NCBI GenBank assembly: GCA_018883305.1
Contig: VEQI01000001.1
Span: 1-58,411 of the forward strand
Length of the DNA stretch: 58,411 nucleotides
Reading direction: 5' to 3'
Source: Limnohabitans sp.
GTDB taxonomy: Bacteria > Pseudomonadota > Gammaproteobacteria > Burkholderiales > Burkholderiaceae_C
Position numbers and translations under genes: made by a program. Each line of letters begins with the position of its first letter. The stretch's first letter is position 1. Positions 1-9,454 of the stretch are shown piece by piece. A model generated the notes under the pieces. The model did not search any database. It saw only the letters and a program-made list of their open reading frames with translations, and was not told the origin of the DNA.

Positions 1-2
1 GC

Positions 3-320
3 AGTATCCGGCAAGCCACCTTGGTGAAAACCGTGCGTTCGGATCAGGTGGTGGACATGATGCTCTCTCAACAACTCGAGGTGGCCGCAGGCGTCAAGCA
101 ACAACTGGAGCGTGACATGCAGCGCGTATCCGGGCTGCGCATGTTGCAGCCGAGCTTCATGCAGATTCAGCAGGCCATGGCCACCGCAGATGGCCATCCG
201 CAAGGCGCTCGCTACTTGCGCCGCTTTGTGGAACAACTTAAAGCGTCCGGCTTTGTGCACCAAGCCCTGGCGCGTCACCGCATTGAAGGGGTCACTGTCC
301 CACCTGCCAGCCCTGCTTGA
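3..320 (+). CDS. ABC transporter substrate-binding protein (polar amino acid/PBP2 type), 5'-truncated at window edge
   Basis: The frame is open from the window start. The C-terminus (VAAGVKQQL...FMQIQQAMA...YLRRFVEQLKASGFVHQALARH) resembles family 3 solute-binding proteins. Confidence 0.7.
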   Translation, partial: SIRQATLVKTVRSDQVVDMMLSQQLEVAAGVKQQLERDMQRVSGLRMLQPSFMQIQQAMATADGHPQGARYLRRFVEQLKASGFVHQALARHRIEGVTVPPASPA

Positions 321-391
321 CGGGCCACCACGTGACAACCAAAGCAACGCCAGTCACGTTGAGGAAGCACGTGGACAAGAAAGCCCTCCTC

Positions 392-634
392 ATGAAAAAA
401 ACTGCGCTCCTCATCGTCCTCACCACGCTGGGACTTCAGGCTTGTGTGATGGCACCGCCGCAGCCTGTGCCGGTGGTGGTTCAACAGCCACCCGGTGTCG
501 TGGTGCCCCCGGGGGTGGTTTATGTGGCGCCCACTTATCCCGCACCTACTGTGGGTTTTATTTGGGAGTTCCATCCGCACTACGGCTGGGGTTGGCGCCA
601 CCCACAGCGTGGCTGGCATCGCGGCTGGCGCTGA
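392..634 (+). CDS. Small Pro/Val-rich, Trp/Gly/His-tailed lipoprotein
   Basis: ATG at 392 gives MKK, a hydrophobic stretch and lipobox LQAC. A PxPV/PPGVV-rich middle is followed by YGWGWRHPQRGWHRGWR. Confidence 0.7.
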   Translation: MKKTALLIVLTTLGLQACVMAPPQPVPVVVQQPPGVVVPPGVVYVAPTYPAPTVGFIWEFHPHYGWGWRHPQRGWHRGWR

Positions 635-706
635 GTCAGCAAGGATGGAGGGCGTTTTCAGGGTCTGTCAGCACCCATTCTGGTGTCACGCGTGGCGCCA
701 GAACAC

Positions 707-752
707 GACACAAAAGATATCACCACCGTTGATTTCCAATATTGGACGTTAA
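707..752 (+). promoter_or_regulatory. Putative LysR-type binding site, copy 1
   Basis: GACA-N7-TATCAC-N16-TATTGGACG-N-TAA, with the same blocks and spacing as the copy at 2698-2743. Confidence 0.65.
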
Positions 753-822
753 CGCCGTCAACTCCTAAGATCTGGCGCCAAGCGATCGACGGACGTGTCG
801 ATGCATCAAAGAGGAGACACGC

Positions 823-1803
823 ATGCGGATCATCCAACGTTTGATCTGGACCCTGGTCATGATGGGATGGACCGCTCTGAGTTGGTCGCAAACGGCTTAC
901 CCATCCAAACCCATACGTTTGATCATGCCATTTGCCGCGGGAGGCCCTAGCGATGTCTTGGCCCGGGCTTTGGCCAAAGGCTTGTCTGATGAGTTAGGCC
1001 AACCCGTGACGGTGGAAAACCGATTAGGTGCCGGAGGCAGCATCGGGATTGACTTGGTCGCCAAAGCCCCTGCGGATGGTTACACCCTGGGCTTCGCGCA
1101 TACCGGCTCCATGGAGATCAACCCCCATTTGTATGCCAAGCATCCGTTCAATGCACTGACAGACCTGACCCCCATCTCGCCCGTGGTGTCCTACACCAAT
1201 GTGCTGGTCGTCAATCCCACGGTGCCGGCCAAAACACTCAAGGAATTCATCTCTTGGGCCCGGGAAAATCCTTCTGCCGCCAACTATGCCTCTGGCGGCA
1301 ACGGTGCCACCAATCATTTGTCAGGTGAGTTGCTCAAGGCGCTGGCGGACATCAACTTGCGGCATATTCCGTATAAAGGCAACGCGCCCGCCATGGTTGA
1401 TGTGATGAGTGGCAACGTGGCCGCCATGTTCGATATCCCGACCACGGCCCTGCCGCAAATCAAGGCCGGCAAGGTTCGCCCTCTGGCCATCACCAGTGCA
1501 AAACGCAGCACCTACATGCCCGATGTACCCACCATGCGTGAGGCCGGGTTGCCAGGCTTCGAAGAAGCTGGCAGTGACCTCTGGTTCGGTGTGGTCGGCC
1601 CCGCCCATCTGCCGGCACCGATTGTCGATCGTCTTTATCAAGCCATCGTGCGGGCCACCAGCAAACCCGATCTGCAAGAAACCATCAAGGCCATGGCTTA
1701 TGAAAAATGGCTCATGCCGCCTGCAGAATTCAAGCAGTGGTTGAGCCAGGACTACCCCAAATGGGCCAAGGTGGTGAACTTATCGGGCGCGAAGATTGAC
1801 TGA
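823..1803 (+). CDS. Bug/TctC tripartite tricarboxylate transporter substrate-binding protein
   Basis: Signal peptide followed by YPSKPIRLIMPFAAGGPSD, ENRLGAGG, APADGYTL, YKG and PDVPT motifs. GAGGAG RBS. Confidence 0.93.
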   Translation: MRIIQRLIWTLVMMGWTALSWSQTAYPSKPIRLIMPFAAGGPSDVLARALAKGLSDELGQPVTVENRLGAGGSIGIDLVAKAPADGYTLGFAHTGSMEINPHLYAKHPFNALTDLTPISPVVSYTNVLVVNPTVPAKTLKEFISWARENPSAANYASGGNGATNHLSGELLKALADINLRHIPYKGNAPAMVDVMSGNVAAMFDIPTTALPQIKAGKVRPLAITSAKRSTYMPDVPTMREAGLPGFEEAGSDLWFGVVGPAHLPAPIVDRLYQAIVRATSKPDLQETIKAMAYEKWLMPPAEFKQWLSQDYPKWAKVVNLSGAKID

Positions 1804-2697
1804 CCGCCGACGATCCAGGTCCACCAACAATTCGCGAAATCGTCTGGCCGCGGGCGGCTCCGTGCGAGCATTGGTGGCCACCGCCAGCGCCAACCCCAAA
1901 TGATTGGCCGGTTGCGTGAGTGTTCGAAATGTCAAGGCCTTGGATGCCTGCACCTGACAAATGGATGGCACCAGGGCTACCCCCATGCCACTCTCCACCA
2001 AGCTCAGCATGGTTTGCACTTGTACGGCCTCCTGAGCCACATGCGGCGTGAAACCGACCGCCTGGCAGGCCGTCACCACCTGAGCGCGCATGTTCGCGGC
2101 CAGGCTGGCCGAGTACATGACAAACGGCTGATCGGCCAAATCTTTGAGGCCCAGGCGCTTGCGATGCACCAGCGGGCTGTGTTTGGATAGCACCAGAACC
2201 AGCTGATCCGGCTCAACCGGCTGAAGTCGTGCCTGGGTGGCTTCAATGAGTGGGTACCTCACGATGCCCAAATCAAGATCATTGCTTTCCACTTCACGCA
2301 GAATGCGTGTCGTCGTGAGTTCTTTCAGATCCAGAACGACGTGGGGATACTTCTCGCGGAACAGGGGCAAGGCTTGGGGAAACAATTTGTAAGTGGCTGA
2401 CCCCACAAAACCGATAGACAAACGGCCGCCAATGCCCTGATCCGCCTCCTGCGCAGCCTTGCGCAACTCCAGCGCATGGAATTGAATTTGACGGGCGTGA
2501 TCCAGGACGGTTTGCCCCACTGTGGTCAAGCGAAGACCACGTCGCTCTCGCATGAAGAGCGTCACACCCAGATCTTGCTCCAGACGCTTGATGGAAACCG
2601 ACAGCGGCGGCTGCGCCATGTGCAGCCGCTCCGCGGCCTTGCGGAAATTCAGCGTTTCAGCCACCATCAAGAACTGGTTGAGTTGTCGCAGATTCAT
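1780..2697 (-). CDS. LysR family transcriptional regulator
   Basis: N-terminal HTH MNLRQLNQF...NFRKAAERLHMAQPPLSVSIKRLEQDLGVTLF. Start set at ATG 2697. Divergent from the acyl-CoA dehydrogenase. Confidence 0.95.
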   Translation of the reverse strand: MNLRQLNQFLMVAETLNFRKAAERLHMAQPPLSVSIKRLEQDLGVTLFMRERRGLRLTTVGQTVLDHARQIQFHALELRKAAQEADQGIGGRLSIGFVGSATYKLFPQALPLFREKYPHVVLDLKELTTTRILREVESNDLDLGIVRYPLIEATQARLQPVEPDQLVLVLSKHSPLVHRKRLGLKDLADQPFVMYSASLAANMRAQVVTACQAVGFTPHVAQEAVQVQTMLSLVESGMGVALVPSICQVQASKALTFRTLTQPANHLGLALAVATNARTEPPAARRFRELLVDLDRRRSVNLRAR

Positions 2698-2743
2698 GAC
2701 AAAAATAGTATCACTGATGGCAAAAACTTGTATTGGACGATAA
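2698..2743 (+). promoter_or_regulatory. Putative LysR-type binding site, copy 2 (divergent promoter)
   Basis: GACA-N7-TATCAC-N16-TATTGGACG-N-TAA abuts the LysR start codon, the usual position for LTTR autoregulation. Confidence 0.7.
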
Positions 2744-2809
2744 GGGCAGACCACCCTACAGTCAGCCATTGGCATTGCATGCCCGAGTCCCTGTTGGAGA
2801 ACATCATCC

Positions 2810-3961
2810 ATGAGTGAGCGTGAAGAAACACTGGCGTTACTGGTCGAGGCCTGTCGCCGTTTTGCCCGGGAAGTGCTGATCCCCGCGGAACCGGTCGTCG
2901 AGGAAACGGGCCAAATTCCAGACCATGTCGTCCAAGGTCTGCGCGATCTCGGCTTGTTCGGCATGACCATTCCCGAAGCCTACGGTGGCTTGGGTCTGTC
3001 TGTGTATGAAGAGGTTCGCCTGGTGCAAGAGATCTGTTATGCGCAACCCGCCTTTCGCTCCTACTTTGGCACCACCAACGGAGTGGGCACGCTGGGCATC
3101 ATTCATTTCGGCACCGAAGCGCAAAAACAACGCTATCTGCCTCGATTGGCCACGGGCGAGATGATGGCCTCCTTTGCCTTGACGGAACCGGATGCCGGCT
3201 CCGATGCCGCGTCACTCATCACACGGGCCGTGCAACAAGGTGATCACTACGTCATCAATGGCTCGAAGCGGTTCATCACCAATGCCGTCCATGCTGGTGT
3301 ATTCACGGTCTTTGCTCGCACCGGTGGCAAAGACAGTGGGGCCAGTGGCATCTCGGCATTTCTGGTGGATCGCGATACGCCCGGTCTGTCCGTGGCGCCC
3401 CCCTACGAGAAGATGGGGTTTGCAGGTTCGCATGAATCCGATGTCATGTTCGACGACGTCAAAGTCCCCGCATCGGCCATGCTTGGCGCGCAAGGCACAG
3501 GCTTCAAGAATGCCATGCGCTCACTGGACCATGCCCGGATACACATGGCGGCGGTGGCCACTGGCTTGTGCCACCGCCTGATCGATGAAGGGTTGCGTTA
3601 CGCCATGGAGCGCAAACAATTCGGGCAATCCATCTCGAAATTTCAATTCATCCAAGGCATGCTGGCAGAAAGTCAGGCCGAAGCCTATGCTGCGCGCGCC
3701 ATGGTGGAACGAGCCGCACATGACATGGATACGGGCAAAAAAATCACCAAGGAAGCCGCTTGCTGCAAATACTTTGCCACTGAGGCTGCCAGTCGCATCG
3801 CCGACCGAATGTTGCAAATTCATGGTGGCAATGGCTACATCAAGGCGTATCCCATTGAGCGACTGTATCGGGACGTCCGGCTGTTGCGGATTTATGAAGG
3901 CACCAGCCAGATACTTCAATTGGTCACTGCACGTGAAATGCTGCGCGAAGCAGGCGCTTAA
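2810..3961 (+). CDS. Acyl-CoA dehydrogenase
   Basis: FALTEPDAGSDA, GSKRFITNA, ERKQFG, QIHGGNGY and RIYEGTSQI motifs. Confidence 0.95.
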   Translation: MSEREETLALLVEACRRFAREVLIPAEPVVEETGQIPDHVVQGLRDLGLFGMTIPEAYGGLGLSVYEEVRLVQEICYAQPAFRSYFGTTNGVGTLGIIHFGTEAQKQRYLPRLATGEMMASFALTEPDAGSDAASLITRAVQQGDHYVINGSKRFITNAVHAGVFTVFARTGGKDSGASGISAFLVDRDTPGLSVAPPYEKMGFAGSHESDVMFDDVKVPASAMLGAQGTGFKNAMRSLDHARIHMAAVATGLCHRLIDEGLRYAMERKQFGQSISKFQFIQGMLAESQAEAYAARAMVERAAHDMDTGKKITKEAACCKYFATEAASRIADRMLQIHGGNGYIKAYPIERLYRDVRLLRIYEGTSQILQLVTAREMLREAGA

Positions 3962-3972
3962 AGGTTGACACC

Positions 3973-5172
3973 ATGAGTGGACCTCTGGATGGCATCAAGA
4001 TCATTGACTTGACCTCGGTGGTGATGGGCCCCTATGCCAGTCAGGTCCTGGCTGACTATGGTGCAGATGTCATCAAGGTGGAGGGGGTCGACGGTGAGGT
4101 GATGCGTAAATCGGGCCCCATGCGTCATGCGAGCATGGGACATTTGTATCTGGCGCTGGGACGAAACAAACGTTCCGTGGCCATCAACCTCAAGAGCGAG
4201 CAGGGTCTGCAAGTCTTGTTGCGAATGTTGAAATCGGCGGATGTCTTGATGTACAACATTCGCCCTCAGGCCATGGAACGGCTCGGCTTGGGGTATGAAA
4301 CATTGCAACGCATCAACCCAGGCCTGATCTACGCTGGCGCCTTTGGATTCAGTCAACAAGGGCCGTATGCCGAACGTCCTGCGTATGACGACTTGATTCA
4401 AGGGATGTGCGGCATCCCTTGGTTGGCCAGCGAAGCGGGGGCGCCTATCCCTCGCTATGCGCCCTTTGTGCTGGTTGATCGAATGGTGGGCCTTCAATTT
4501 TCCAATGCCATCACCTCCGCATTGTTATTTCGCGAGCGTACCGGCAAAGGTCAGCGCGTCGATGTTCCCATGTTCGAAGGCATGTTGTCCGTGATCCTGG
4601 GAGAGCACCTGGCCGGTGAGCAGTTCGTGCCCCCCGTGGGACCGGTGGGATACCAGCGCAGCCTCGCCAAGGATCGCCGTCCGTACGCCACGCAGGACGG
4701 CTTCATCTGCGTCTTGGTCTACAACGACAAGCATTGGAAAAATTTCTTTGATCTGATTGGTCGGCCCGAGGTCTTTCAATACGATCGACGTTTTCAAGAA
4801 CAGAACCTGCGTCTTGAAAACATCGACTATGTCTACGATTACCTGAGTCAAGTCTTGGCCACGCGCACCACGGCCGATTGGTTGGCGGCCTTTGCACAGG
4901 CGGATATCCCTGCAGCGCCCATGTATGACCTGGATGACATTTTGAAGGACGAACACGTCCAGGCCATCGACTTCATTCGTGAAGTCGAGCACCCCACTGA
5001 AGGAACCTTGCGCATGACGTCGATCCCCACCGAGTGGTCGGTCTCTGTGCCAGAGCACCGTCATCATGCGCCACTGCCCGGAGAGAACACACGCGATGTC
5101 TTGATGGCGCATGGTTTCACCGAACACGAAGTGGACGATTTGTCCGCATCGGGCGTGGTTCGTACGCTTTGA
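3973..5172 (+). CDS. CaiB/BaiF family (class III) CoA-transferase
   Basis: GPLDGIKIIDLTSVVMGP, LADYGADVIKVE, RNKRS, AYDDLIQ and APLPGENT motifs. Confidence 0.95.
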   Translation: MSGPLDGIKIIDLTSVVMGPYASQVLADYGADVIKVEGVDGEVMRKSGPMRHASMGHLYLALGRNKRSVAINLKSEQGLQVLLRMLKSADVLMYNIRPQAMERLGLGYETLQRINPGLIYAGAFGFSQQGPYAERPAYDDLIQGMCGIPWLASEAGAPIPRYAPFVLVDRMVGLQFSNAITSALLFRERTGKGQRVDVPMFEGMLSVILGEHLAGEQFVPPVGPVGYQRSLAKDRRPYATQDGFICVLVYNDKHWKNFFDLIGRPEVFQYDRRFQEQNLRLENIDYVYDYLSQVLATRTTADWLAAFAQADIPAAPMYDLDDILKDEHVQAIDFIREVEHPTEGTLRMTSIPTEWSVSVPEHRHHAPLPGENTRDVLMAHGFTEHEVDDLSASGVVRTL

Positions 5173-5264
5173 ATCCAGCTTCAGATATGTCTGACCGCCG
5201 CAAGTGCCCGAGAAGTCCGCTCGTGCCGCCATAATTCGGTCACATCGAACCATCCACGGACCCC

Positions 5265-6032
5265 ATGCAACCTCCTCTGCACACCGTCCTCACCGGCCAG
5301 CTGGCCGTCATCACAGGCGCGGCGCATGGCATCGGAGCCGCCATTGCCAACACACTGGCATCCGCAGGCGCGCAGGTGTTGTTGCTGGATCAAGACATGG
5401 CCGCGGCTCAAGCACTGGCCACGGGCTTGCAACAGCAGGGACACACCGCCCAGGCTTACGCGCTGGACGTTCGAGAGGCAGCCGCCTGTCACGGCCTGGC
5501 CAACCGCATTGAGCAGGCGCATGGCCCGATCTCGGTGCTGGTGAACAACGCTGGCATTTTGCGCCGCGTGGCCATGGATCATCCGCAGGCCGATGCTGCC
5601 TGGCACGACACACTGGCCGTGAACCTCACAGGCACCTACCAGGTCAGCACTGCCTTTCTTGAGCAATTGAAAAAAAGGCAGGGCTGCATCGTCAATGTAG
5701 CTTCCATTCATGCCTTTGCTTCGCCGGGGGTCTCTGCGGCCTACACGGCATCCAAAGGGGGCATCGGCCAGTTGACCAAGGCCATGGCGGTGGAGTTGGC
5801 GCCCCATGGCGTTCGGGTGAATGCGGTGGCACCAGGCATGGTGGCGACAGCCATGACGCAAAGCACCCTGGACAATCCTGCGCAATCTGCCGCCTTTTTG
5901 CAGCATGTCCCCATGAAGCGTGCTGGCCAGCCAGACGAAGTGGCGGCGCCGGTGCTTTTCCTGGCCAGCGCCGCCGCCAGTTACATGACAGGCGTGGTGC
6001 TGCCTGTGGATGGCGGTTACCTCAGCTATTGA
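5265..6032 (+). CDS. SDR family oxidoreductase
   Basis: TGAAHGIG, NNAG, YTASK and VDGG motifs. Confidence 0.93.
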   Translation: MQPPLHTVLTGQLAVITGAAHGIGAAIANTLASAGAQVLLLDQDMAAAQALATGLQQQGHTAQAYALDVREAAACHGLANRIEQAHGPISVLVNNAGILRRVAMDHPQADAAWHDTLAVNLTGTYQVSTAFLEQLKKRQGCIVNVASIHAFASPGVSAAYTASKGGIGQLTKAMAVELAPHGVRVNAVAPGMVATAMTQSTLDNPAQSAAFLQHVPMKRAGQPDEVAAPVLFLASAAASYMTGVVLPVDGGYLSY

Positions 6033-6054
6033 ACCCCTTGAAGGAGGTCTTCGC

Positions 6055-6984
6055 ATGACTTCACGTCCCCTGCCTCGCGTCGACAACCGTGGCGTGCTTG
6101 ATCTGCATGTGCACATTGGCCCCGAGTTGTTGAGACGTCGCTACAGTGCGGCCTCACTGGCGGAGGAAGCTCGGCGCGAAGGATTTGGCGTGGTGATGAA
6201 AAACCACTTCCAACCCACCACCGGCTGGGTGTCGGGTGTCAGGCGTGCCGATGACCAGGTCCCCTTGATCGGTTCGGTGGCGCTGAACGCCTCCTGTGGC
6301 TGGGTGGATGACCATGGCGTGCGTGCCGCGCTGTCCGGCGCCAAGACAGACGTCGGACAGGCCGACCCCGATCCGGGTCGCTTTGTGGTGTGGATGCCCA
6401 CCCTGTGCACCGAGGCCCACCTCCAATTGTTTAACCGCAAGGACACCCCCGAGGAATGGGGCGTGAACGGTCGCTATGCACGCTTCTTTCCCGTGGGAGA
6501 GGGCTATACCCTGGACGAAAGCAACGCACAACGCATGCAGGCGCTGGACCGCTGCCTGGATGCCATTCGCGAGAATGATCTCATCCTGGCCACCGGCCAT
6601 TTGAACAAGGATGAAACCCAGCGTCTGGTGCGGCGCGCCCATGCCCGTGGATTGCGACGCATCATCATGACGCATCCGCTGTTTCAGGCCACGCAACAAG
6701 ACATCGACACCCTGCTGAGCCTGTGGCAGGAATGCGGCGCCTATACCGAGCTGGCCTATGTCAACATCGCCATGGACCACTTGAGTTACGACGCCTACGC
6801 AGCGGTGATTGAAGCGCTAGGGCCCCAGGCGGTGGTGCTGTCCTCTGATTTGGGGCAACCCTTTTCGCCTCCGGTGGGCGAAGGACTGCGCGACTACTTC
6901 GCGCAATTGCAGCGACACGGCGTGTCAGAGGACGCCATTGCGGAGATGGCGGTCATCAACCCCAACCGCCTGGTGCTGGATTGA
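6055..6984 (+). CDS. Amidohydrolase-fold metalloprotein (DUF6282-like)
   Basis: DLHVH, VMKNH, TGH, THP and SSDLGQ metal-ligand pattern, ending in NPNRL. AGGAGG RBS before ATG 6055. Confidence 0.75.
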   Translation: MTSRPLPRVDNRGVLDLHVHIGPELLRRRYSAASLAEEARREGFGVVMKNHFQPTTGWVSGVRRADDQVPLIGSVALNASCGWVDDHGVRAALSGAKTDVGQADPDPGRFVVWMPTLCTEAHLQLFNRKDTPEEWGVNGRYARFFPVGEGYTLDESNAQRMQALDRCLDAIRENDLILATGHLNKDETQRLVRRAHARGLRRIIMTHPLFQATQQDIDTLLSLWQECGAYTELAYVNIAMDHLSYDAYAAVIEALGPQAVVLSSDLGQPFSPPVGEGLRDYFAQLQRHGVSEDAIAEMAVINPNRLVLD

Positions 6985-6991
6985 ATGCGTC

Positions 6992-7714
6992 TCAGGTCAG
7001 TCCCAGGAACATGGCACGAATTTCCGGGTGATTCAGCACCTCGCGCGCTGGCGCATGCAGGCTGACGCGTCCCATCTCCATCACCACACCGGCATCGCAA
7101 CGCTCCAGCGCCTGCTGGGCGTTTTGCTCCACCATCAGCACGGTCATGCCGGATGCCGTCAACTCGCGGATGGTGTCGAACACCATGTCCATGGCCTGCG
7201 GTGACAAACCCAGCGAGGGCTCATCCAGCAAGAGCAAGCGTGGACGCGCCATCAACACCATGGCCATCTCCAGGATTTGCTGCTCACCACCACTGAGGTT
7301 GCCAGCCAGGGTATTCCAGCGCGCGCGCAAGCGAGGAAAGCGATCCGCCATGGCGTTCGCTTCCTCCATCAGGGTCTGTCTTGGCAAACGCCGGGAATAG
7401 GCCCCGAGTTGAAGGTTCTCACTGACACTCAGCGCAGGAAAATTGCAACGCCCCTGTGGCACCAGACCGATGCCCCCGCGCAACCGCGCCAAGGCGTCCA
7501 GCCGGGTGATGTCCTGCCCCTCAAAGCGCAGATGCCCGGTTCGACAAGCCAGCAAGCCCGCCACCACCTTGAGCAAGGTGGACTTGCCCGCGCCGTTGGC
7601 ACCAATGATGGTGGTCCAGCTGCAGGCGGCCACTTGCAGGTCAACCCCATGCAAGATGGTGAGGTCACCATAACCCGCCTGCACCGATTGAACCTCAAGC
7701 ACCACGTCAGTCAA
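6992..7714 (-). CDS. livF: Liv-type ABC transporter ATP-binding protein (LivF-like)
   Basis: GANGAGKST, LSGGEQQ, LLDEPSLGL and VEQN. Probable TTG start at 7714, overlapping the livG stop. Confidence 0.9.
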   Translation of the reverse strand: MTDVVLEVQSVQAGYGDLTILHGVDLQVAACSWTTIIGANGAGKSTLLKVVAGLLACRTGHLRFEGQDITRLDALARLRGGIGLVPQGRCNFPALSVSENLQLGAYSRRLPRQTLMEEANAMADRFPRLRARWNTLAGNLSGGEQQILEMAMVLMARPRLLLLDEPSLGLSPQAMDMVFDTIRELTASGMTVLMVEQNAQQALERCDAGVVMEMGRVSLHAPAREVLNHPEIRAMFLGLT

Positions 7715-8498
7715 GCTGGCTCTCCTGTTCGCGCCGACCCAGATAAGCTTGCATGACACGTGGGTCATTGGCGATGTCTTCGGGGCGGCCCTGGGCCAAC
7801 AGCTTGCCCTGGTCCAGCACATAAATGGTGTCGCAAATTTCAAACACCAGCTTGAGGTTGTGCTCCACGATGAGCAGGCTGACGCCACGCGCACGGATGT
7901 CCAGCAAATTCTGCTTGAGCCCCTCCACCAGCGTCGGGTTGACGCCCGCCATCGGCTCATCCAGCATGAGCAGCTTGGGCTGGGTCATCAGTGCCATGCC
8001 CAGTTCCATGAGTTTTTTCTGTCCGTAGGACAGGCCTGCGGCGGCATGATCAGCCACCGCTTCCAGTCGAATGTCATGCAAGACTGTTTGCGCCAGTTCA
8101 CGCATCTGCGCTTCATGCTGACGCACGGCCCGGGTGCTGAACATCTCTTGGAGATAACCAAACCCTGGCGAGGATTGCGCCGCGGTGAGCAAATGGTCTC
8201 GCACCGACAATTCTGGAAAGAACCGAAGTTGCTGGAACGTGCGTCGCAAACCCAGCCGGGCAATCTGGTGCGGGGCCATGCCACTGATGTCTTGCCCTTG
8301 CAACAAAACCTGGCCCTGGTCCTTGGCCTGAAAGCCGGTAATGCAATCAAACAGCGTGGATTTGCCGGACCCATTGGGCCCGATGAGGCCGGTGATGGAG
8401 CCGGCCTGCACCTCGATGGACACGCCTTGCAAGGCCTGAACACCATGGTAGTGCTTGTGCACCGCCTGGGCCTGAAGCAAAGGCACACCTGCGCTCAT
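7707..8498 (-). CDS. livG: Liv-type ABC transporter ATP-binding protein (LivG-like)
   Basis: GPNGSGKST, RTFQ, LSYGQKK, LDEPMAG, EH and AYLG motifs. Confidence 0.92.
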   Translation of the reverse strand: MSAGVPLLQAQAVHKHYHGVQALQGVSIEVQAGSITGLIGPNGSGKSTLFDCITGFQAKDQGQVLLQGQDISGMAPHQIARLGLRRTFQQLRFFPELSVRDHLLTAAQSSPGFGYLQEMFSTRAVRQHEAQMRELAQTVLHDIRLEAVADHAAAGLSYGQKKLMELGMALMTQPKLLMLDEPMAGVNPTLVEGLKQNLLDIRARGVSLLIVEHNLKLVFEICDTIYVLDQGKLLAQGRPEDIANDPRVMQAYLGRREQESQLD

Positions 8499-9454
8499 GC
8501 TCGGGGCTCCGGTCGACCAAACCAGCTGGCCAGCCCGCGCGGCATGCGCAGCACAATGAAGAACAACAGCAAGCCATAGAGCAGCGAGCGGACTTCAGGC
8601 GCCACCCGCAACAACTCGGGCAGCAAGGTGAAGACCACCGCGCCAAACACCGGCCCCCACAAGGTCCCCGAACCCCCCAGAATCACCATGATCAGCAAGG
8701 CTTCCGAGAACGAAAAACCAAACACGCCCGGATCAATGAACGTGAGGTAATGCGCATAACAGGCACCCGCCGCACCCGCCAAGGCGCCAGACACGGCAAA
8801 GGCCAGCAACCGAAGCCGAAAGACATCCAACCCGATGGCGGTGGCCAGCGGCTCGTTGTCTCGAGCCGCCACCATGGCGCGGCCAATGCGGGATGACACC
8901 ATGCGTCCCACCAAAGCGATACCCACAGCGGACAACCCCAGCATCAGGTAATACCACTGCAACTTGGATTGAATGACCCAGCTGCCCACACGGGGCGCAG
9001 GAATCCCCGACAAACCCAGGGAGCCGCGCGTCAAATCGACCCAGTTGTTGGCCAACAATTGCAGCAGCAGGGTGGACGACAAGGTCACGATCACAAACGA
9101 GTGACGAGACACGCGCAAGGAAGGGATACCCATCAGCAAACTGGTCAAGGCACCACCCGTGACCGCGCACAGGAATGTCAAACTGGAGTCCCACCCCAGG
9201 CGCAAGGACAGCAAGGCACTGACATACGCGCCCATGCCCAGAAACGCCGGTGTGGCCAGTGACAGCAGACCCGAGTAACCCAGCACCAGGTTGAGGGACA
9301 GCACCAGCAACACATAGATGCCGGTCATGATCATGATGTGCAGGACATACACCGACGAGATCAGCAACGGTGCCACCACGAGCAAAGCCACCAGCACCGA
9401 AAGCACCAGGGTGCGCTGCTCGGACACACGTTGGGACAACCAGGCCGCGTTCAT
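8495..9454 (-). CDS. livM: Liv-type ABC transporter permease (LivM-like)
   Basis: Multiple TM segments, LNLVLGYSGLLSL, SRIGRAMVAARDN, ILGGSGTLWGP and PRGL. Confidence 0.9.
   Translation of the reverse strand: MNAAWLSQRVSEQRTLVLSVLVALLVVAPLLISSVYVLHIMIMTGIYVLLVLSLNLVLGYSGLLSLATPAFLGMGAYVSALLSLRLGWDSSLTFLCAVTGGALTSLLMGIPSLRVSRHSFVIVTLSSTLLLQLLANNWVDLTRGSLGLSGIPAPRVGSWVIQSKLQWYYLMLGLSAVGIALVGRMVSSRIGRAMVAARDNEPLATAIGLDVFRLRLLAFAVSGALAGAAGACYAHYLTFIDPGVFGFSFSEALLIMVILGGSGTLWGPVFGAVVFTLLPELLRVAPEVRSLLYGLLLFFIVLRMPRGLASWFGRPEPRA

Noticed and set aside
1780-1803. 3' overlaps or near-abutment of convergent genes (1780-1803, 13569-13586, 54672/54674) as antisense regulation
   Set aside because: Short convergent overlaps are common in compact genomes, and there is no further evidence.
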